IMG/VR virus record: IMGVR_UViG_3300016484_000774
Coordinates: 1-29,624 of that record
Length of the DNA stretch: 29,624 nt
Origin: a virus
Lineage: Duplodnaviria > Caudoviricetes
Strand: one strand, 5' to 3'
Shown here: positions 24,739 to 29,624 of the stretch, piece after piece
Layout of the letters: each line of letters opens with the position of its first letter
How positions within the stretch are numbered: position 1 is the first letter of the stretch
Notes under the pieces: model-generated
Seen by the model: the letters and a program-made list of their open reading frames with translations, nothing else
Database searches by the model: none
Told to the model about the DNA's origin: nothing
Program-made: the position numbers and the translations under genes

Positions 24739-25665
24739 ATGAAGAACCTGAAGGTCCTGGAGTGGAAGCCCGAGACGACCTATGGCGTCGACTCGCTGCC
24801 CACCAACACCAACGACGTTCTGCTGGCGCAGGACGTCGACATCAACCCGCTCGAGCAAGAGACCGACGACTACGAGCCGGTCACCGACCACTTCGGCGCC
24901 TTCGAGAAGATCGTGGGCGGCTCGTGGTGCACCATCAGCTTCGTTGTGCTGGTCGGCGGCGGCGGCACGCCGGTGGGCACTGCTGGCAAGGCGCCCAACC
25001 ACGATGGCGTGCTGCGCGCCTGCGGCATGGCCCGCACCATCACCGCGGCCACCAGCATCGCCTACACCAACATCGACACCGGCGAAGAGAGCGCGACCTG
25101 CTACTACTTCCTCGATGGCGTGCGCCAGAAGATGGTGGGCATCCGCGGCAAGTGGACGCTGGAGTTCAACGCCATGAAGGCGCCGCGCCTGCGCTTCCAG
25201 GGCATGGGCCTGAACCAGCCCATGACGGACGCCCCGCTGCCCGTGCCGACGATCCCGGCCGTGCCGCGCCCGCTGGCGGTGAACAAGGCGAACACGCAGC
25301 TCTCGATCGGTGGCTACTCGGCGCGGCTGAGCTCGTTCAGCATCGACCAGGGCAACGATGTGAAGTACCGCAACCTCACCAACGTGGAAGACGTGGTGAT
25401 CCTGGACCGGAAGATGACTGGCCGCGTCTCCATCGAGCTGCCGCTGGTGGCCGAGAAGGACTTCCTGGGCGCCAACGGCATCGTCACGCTCGGCACGCCC
25501 GGCGCCATGACGGTGACGCACGGCAGCACCGCCGGCAACATCGTGACGGCCGCGCTGCCCAGCGTGCAGCTGGTGAAGCCCAAGCCCAAGGTGGAGAACG
25601 GCATCATCATGCTGGACTGCGAACTGCACATCGTGCGCAACCAGTTCACCCTCACCTACACCTGA
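24739..25665 (+). CDS. major tail tube protein
   Basis: KPETTYGVD N-terminal motif; beta-rich; 308 aa; directly upstream of the chaperones and tape measure. No sheath gene is present. Confidence 0.82.
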   Translation: MKNLKVLEWKPETTYGVDSLPTNTNDVLLAQDVDINPLEQETDDYEPVTDHFGAFEKIVGGSWCTISFVVLVGGGGTPVGTAGKAPNHDGVLRACGMARTITAATSIAYTNIDTGEESATCYYFLDGVRQKMVGIRGKWTLEFNAMKAPRLRFQGMGLNQPMTDAPLPVPTIPAVPRPLAVNKANTQLSIGGYSARLSSFSIDQGNDVKYRNLTNVEDVVILDRKMTGRVSIELPLVAEKDFLGANGIVTLGTPGAMTVTHGSTAGNIVTAALPSVQLVKPKPKVENGIIMLDCELHIVRNQFTLTYT

Positions 25666-25672
25666 GCGCACG

Positions 25673-26044
25673 ATGGATCAGACCACCACCCCTCTCTTCG
25701 TGCTGGGCGCCACGCCGCCGGATTTCTGGTGGCAGGTGCGCGTGCCGGTGCCGGGCGACAACGCCTACAGCCACGCCACCTTCGAAGCCCAGTTCCGCCC
25801 TGTCGACCAGACCGAGCTCGACCGCATGCAGGGCTTCGGCCTGGCCGAAGGCGAGCTGCCGCCGACCGATGAGCAGATTGCCCGCCGCGTGCTCGTGGGC
25901 TGGAAGCTGCAGGGCCCGGAAGGCCCCCTGCCCTTCACGCCCGAGAACCTGCAGCAGCTGCTCGCCGCGCCGATGGTGCGCACGGCCGTGGTGGCCACCT
26001 ACCTGGCATGCATGCGCGGAGTGGCCGCGCGAAAAAACGGCTAG
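25673..26044 (+). CDS. tail assembly chaperone (gpG-like)
   Basis: Contains VLVGW...LPFTPENLQQLL and ends RKNG across a slippery site. Confidence 0.85.
   Translation: MDQTTTPLFVLGATPPDFWWQVRVPVPGDNAYSHATFEAQFRPVDQTELDRMQGFGLAEGELPPTDEQIARRVLVGWKLQGPEGPLPFTPENLQQLLAAPMVRTAVVATYLACMRGVAARKNG
26032..26038 (+). other. programmed -1 ribosomal frameshift site A AAA AAC
   Basis: X XXY YYZ heptamer in the correct phase (CGA AAA AAC GGC TAG). The -1 frame stays open to 26427. Confidence 0.88.
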
Positions 26045-26427
26045 AGGCCGCGCGCCGCTGGGCCGCCCAGCAGCGCCGCGGCCCGGTGAAGGACGAGGCC
26101 GACACCGACCTGCAGGCCATGGGCCTATCGGCCGAGGCTGCCCGCGCCTGGCTGGCGCAGATGCGCGAGGACCTGGGCGACGAGGCGGGCGAGGCCGGCG
26201 ACACCGGCCCGCTCGTCATCTGGCCCGAGAACCGTGACGTGTGGCGCCTCTTCATGCGCCTGCAGACCCAGTGGACGCTGACGCCCAGCGGCCACCTCAT
26301 GGCCCTGCCCCACCCGGCGATCGAGAGCGCGCTGCGCATGATGAAGCTCTGGCGCCGCAGCGACGAGCTCTACGAGCAGCTCGCCGACATGGAACGCGCC
26401 GCGCTGGCGCCTGACCTCGAGGAGTAG
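26032..26427 (+). CDS. tail assembly chaperone frameshift extension (gpT-like, DUF1799-like)
   Basis: IWPENRDVWRLFMRLQTQW...LADMERAAL; in the -1 frame relative to the upstream chaperone. Confidence 0.82.
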   Translation, partial: KKRLEAARRWAAQQRRGPVKDEADTDLQAMGLSAEAARAWLAQMREDLGDEAGEAGDTGPLVIWPENRDVWRLFMRLQTQWTLTPSGHLMALPHPAIESALRMMKLWRRSDELYEQLADMERAALAPDLEE

Positions 26428-26432
26428 CAGCG

Positions 26433-28907
26433 ATGGCTGGCAACACCGAAGAACTCGGCATCCGGATGAGCGCCACGGGCGTGGTGGAAACCACCTCGGG
26501 CGTGAACCTCACCGGCAAGGCCGTGGAGAACCTGGGCCAGAAGCTCGACGAGGCCGGCAAGCAAGGCGCCAAGCTCGACGCCGGCGCCCGAACCGGCGCC
26601 GCCGGCGCCAAGGTGGCCGAAACCGCCGCGCGCGAACTGGCCGACCAGCTGGGCCGCACCATCCCGGTGACCGGCCAGCTGGGCGAGACCCTGCAGACCC
26701 TGGGCGGCGACGGCGCCGCGGCCGTGGCGCGCATGGCCACCGCCGGCGGCGCGCTCTCCGCCGTGATGGCGCCGCTGGCCGTGCTGGGCGCTGCGGTGGG
26801 CGTGGCGTGGATGCAGGGCCGCATCGAAGCCCAGCGCTACTTCCAGGCCCTGACCCTGACCGGCAACGCCGCTGGCGTGACGAGCGCCCAGATGGGCGAC
26901 ATGGCGCGCCGCATCGACGGCGTGGCCGGCACGCAGCGCCAGGCCTCCGAGGCGCTGGCGCAGATCGCGAGCACCGGCAAGGTGGCCGGCAGCACGATGG
27001 AGGCCGTGGGCCTCGCCGCCGTGCAGATGGAGCGCATCACCGGCCAGTCTGTGCAGAAGACGGTGGGCGAGTTCGCCGCGCTGGGCAATGACCCCGTGAA
27101 GGCCGTGCGCGCCCTCAACGAGAGCACCAACTTCCTGACGGTGGCGGTGTACGACCAGGTGAAGGCCCTGGCCGAGCAAGGCAACGAGACGGCGGCCGCC
27201 AGCGTGGCGCAGAAGGCCTACGCCGATGCGCTGCTGCCGCGCCTGCAGCAGATCGAGCAGAGCCAGGGCCTGGTGGAGCGCGGCTGGCGCGCCCTGAAGA
27301 GCGCTGCGAAGGAAGCCTGGGATGCCATGCTCGACGTGGGCCGCGCCACCACGCCCGAGGAGCGCCTGAACACGGCAAAGAAGGCCCTTGAGGACTTCGA
27401 CCGACAGGGCAATGAGCCGCGCCGCGGCACGCTGCGGAGCAGCGGCCAGCGCGAGGCCCTGCGCGCCCAGCTGCTTGGCAACGTCTCTGTCGCCGAAAGC
27501 GATGTGCGCGAACAGGCGCGCAATGCCGCCGCCAGCGCCACCCGCGCCCAAGTGGTGAAGGACTACGCCGCCGCCCAGGAGGCGAACCAGAAGTGGGCCG
27601 AAGCCGCCCTGACGAACACCGAGCGCATGGACAAGGCTCTGCAGGCCTACCGCAAGAACAACGAGGCCATCCTGCGCGGCGGTGGCTCATTGAATGACGC
27701 CCAGGTGGCGCGTGAAGAGGCCGCCATCCGCGCCAAGTTCGCCGACAAGGGCCGCACCGGTGGCGCCGCGGCGGTGGACCCGGCGAAAGCGATCGAGAAC
27801 CAGATTGCCAAGCGCCGCCAGCAGGCCGCCACCGAACTCTTCCTCGGCGAGCAGCTCTCCGAGGCCGACCGCTTTCGTGTGGAGACGCTGCGCCAGATCG
27901 ACGGCATCCAAGGCAAGATCGGCAAGACCCGCGCCGACGACCTGCGCCGCCAGACCACCGAAACCGCCGACCTCATGGCCAAGGAGCAGAGCCGGCGCGA
28001 ACTGGCCGAGGCCGATGAGGTGGTGCGCAAGCGCGAGCTGGCCACCCGCCAAGCCGCCGCGCAGCTGGCCGAGCGTGAGGCCTTGGGCCTTGAGCGCGAG
28101 GTGGAGGGCCTGCGGCAGAGCAACGAGGAAATCGGGCTCAACGCCGATGGCCTGGCGCTGCTGCACCAGCGCCGCATTGACGACGCCATCGCCCAGAAGC
28201 AACAGGAGCTGGCCCGCGTGCAGGGCCTGACCGGCTACGAGAGCGAGGCCCGCGCCATCGAACGCCAGATCTCCCTGCTGGGCGAGCTGCGCGGCGAGGC
28301 CGGCAAGCGGCAGAACAAGCAGCGAGATGAAGAGCTCCGCCGCGAGAACGACCAGCGCCGCAAAGGCATCAGCGATGCCCTGCTCGACGGCCTGCGCAAC
28401 GGCTTCGACGGTGGCCGCAAGCTGGCCGATGCCTTCCTGGACGACCTGGTGCAGCAGTTCGATAGGACCGTCCTGCGCCCGCACCTGGACATCATGGCCC
28501 AGGGCCTCATGTCGGCCGTGGATGGCCTGGTGGGCGCCATCGGCGGCGGCCTGAGCGGCGGTGCCAGCAGCCTGCTGAGCTTCTTCGGCTTCCACTCCGG
28601 TGGCGTGGGCCCCAACGAGAACAGCTTCGTTCGCGTGCCCAAGTTCCACACCGGCGTGGGCCCCGACGAGATGCACGCCGTGATCCAGAAGAGCGAGGGC
28701 GTCTTCACTCGCGGCCAGATGAAGGCCATGGCCTCGCTCGACGACGTGCAGAAGGCGCTGGGCAGTAGCCGCCCGAGCCTGAACTACTCGCCCACCATCA
28801 TGGTGCCCGAGCGCTCCGACCGCGCCACCATCCTCAGCGACGTGGGCCGCATGCTCAAGGCCAGCCACGCCGAGCTGCTGGAGAAGATGGAGCGCGGCAT
28901 GGTCTAG
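26433..28907 (+). CDS. tail tape measure protein (824 aa)
   Basis: GAGGAG RBS; Ala-rich helical protein with lambda-family-like ALTLTGNAAGVT...LGNDPVKA...NFLT and C-terminal FHSGG/FHTG motifs. Confidence 0.92.
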   Translation: MAGNTEELGIRMSATGVVETTSGVNLTGKAVENLGQKLDEAGKQGAKLDAGARTGAAGAKVAETAARELADQLGRTIPVTGQLGETLQTLGGDGAAAVARMATAGGALSAVMAPLAVLGAAVGVAWMQGRIEAQRYFQALTLTGNAAGVTSAQMGDMARRIDGVAGTQRQASEALAQIASTGKVAGSTMEAVGLAAVQMERITGQSVQKTVGEFAALGNDPVKAVRALNESTNFLTVAVYDQVKALAEQGNETAAASVAQKAYADALLPRLQQIEQSQGLVERGWRALKSAAKEAWDAMLDVGRATTPEERLNTAKKALEDFDRQGNEPRRGTLRSSGQREALRAQLLGNVSVAESDVREQARNAAASATRAQVVKDYAAAQEANQKWAEAALTNTERMDKALQAYRKNNEAILRGGGSLNDAQVAREEAAIRAKFADKGRTGGAAAVDPAKAIENQIAKRRQQAATELFLGEQLSEADRFRVETLRQIDGIQGKIGKTRADDLRRQTTETADLMAKEQSRRELAEADEVVRKRELATRQAAAQLAEREALGLEREVEGLRQSNEEIGLNADGLALLHQRRIDDAIAQKQQELARVQGLTGYESEARAIERQISLLGELRGEAGKRQNKQRDEELRRENDQRRKGISDALLDGLRNGFDGGRKLADAFLDDLVQQFDRTVLRPHLDIMAQGLMSAVDGLVGAIGGGLSGGASSLLSFFGFHSGGVGPNENSFVRVPKFHTGVGPDEMHAVIQKSEGVFTRGQMKAMASLDDVQKALGSSRPSLNYSPTIMVPERSDRATILSDVGRMLKASHAELLEKMERGMV

Positions 28908-28922
28908 CGCTACGATCGCGGC

Positions 28923-29126
28923 ATGAGCACGCCGGACACCTCCAGCCAAGCCAGCGCCGAGCGCATCGTGAGCAAGATGCTCGACACGATCGAGGCCGGC
29001 AGCGGCGACAAGAACTGGCGGGTGATCGTGGATCTGCTCGGCCCGGGCCAGTTCCTGGCGATGTGGCGTCAGTTGATGTCGTCGCCAGCCTCGGGTGACG
29101 ACTCCGAAAGGTCCTTGGCGGCCTGA
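28923..29126 (+). CDS. 67-aa truncated paralogue of the Mor-like activator
   Basis: WRVIVDLLGPGQFLAMWRQL aligns without gaps to WLQVASLLGYDQFVAMWRLL (11/20 identical). There is no HTH and no obvious RBS. Confidence 0.6.
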   Translation: MSTPDTSSQASAERIVSKMLDTIEAGSGDKNWRVIVDLLGPGQFLAMWRQLMSSPASGDDSERSLAA

Positions 29127-29287
29127 GTCGTTTTCTCGTCACTGCCGGCATGGAGGTTGTGCCCGCATGCTCGGCAAATCGCCGAGATGGTGGCGCCGGT
29201 ACCGGGTGCCTCGCGCAGCGTCACCTCCAGCGCATACATCCCGCAAGCCGGGCACGGCTTCACCGGCTGAGCCTTCACGATCTTCAT
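29069..29287 (-). CDS. small zinc-ribbon protein (72 aa)
   Basis: CPAC...CRAC; its start overlaps the stop of the upstream minus-strand gene by 4 bp. Confidence 0.55.
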   Translation of the reverse strand: MKIVKAQPVKPCPACGMYALEVTLREAPGTGATISAICRACGHNLHAGSDEKTTQAAKDLSESSPEAGDDIN

Positions 29288-29624
29288 GGTGCGATCACCA
29301 GATCGTCATCGCCCGCGCCGCCCACCACCACGCGCTTCATCAGCAGGCCGCCCTGATCATCGAAGCCGGCCGTCCAGCGCACGGAAAGCTCGATCAGGAA
29401 CGTGCCCTCGGCAACGCCCTTGAAGGCGAACTTGCCTTGCGCGTCGCAGCGCGTGGTGCGCTGCAGTTCCAGGAACGCCTGCGGGGTCGGGTCAACGCGC
29501 GCGGCGCCGATCTTGGCTCGCCCGACCTCGAGGTAGGACGACGAACCGTAGATCATGGTCATGTGACGCAACGCGTAAGCCGTGGCTGGGATCAGGCGCA
29601 CCGTCTCACCTGCGCACGTCACCA
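29284..29624 (-). CDS. probable exported protein/lipoprotein with a transthyretin/carboxypeptidase-regulatory-like beta-sandwich, 5'-truncated by the window
   Basis: TCAGETVRLIPATAY...TTRCDAQGKFAFKGVAEGTF...W...QGG pattern; the frame is open to the window edge. Confidence 0.7.
   Translation of the reverse strand, partial: VTCAGETVRLIPATAYALRHMTMIYGSSSYLEVGRAKIGAARVDPTPQAFLELQRTTRCDAQGKFAFKGVAEGTFLIELSVRWTAGFDDQGGLLMKRVVVGGAGDDDLVIAP

Overview
This is a 29.6-kb stretch of one high-GC temperate tailed phage, either a prophage or a free genome, probably siphovirus-like. A betaproteobacterial host is suggested by composition only. Almost all genes are on the + strand and translationally coupled. 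From left to right: the end of a probable primase/replication gene; an early accessory block (two ASCH-like proteins, a C5 cytosine methyltransferase with five internal repeats, small HTH proteins); terminase small and large subunits, portal and a Mu gpF-like head protein. A ~6.7-kb insert then splits the head module. It carries a near-consensus sigma70 three-gene operon ending in an HTH (anti-CRISPR/aca-like layout), an iteron-rich origin-like region with an IHF site, a tyrosine recombinase, a Mor-like activator, a large serine recombinase and a lower-GC spike protein. After it come a fused protease-scaffold-capsid ORF, neck genes, holin, tail tube, a -1 frameshifted chaperone pair, tape measure and three small morons. 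The best leads are the candidate acr-aca-type operon, a 67-aa truncated paralogue of the Mor-like activator, the symmetric CCACGG origin beside two recombinases, and a spike protein sharing its N-terminus with the small post-capsid protein. All family assignments come from motif recognition by eye; no database searches were run.
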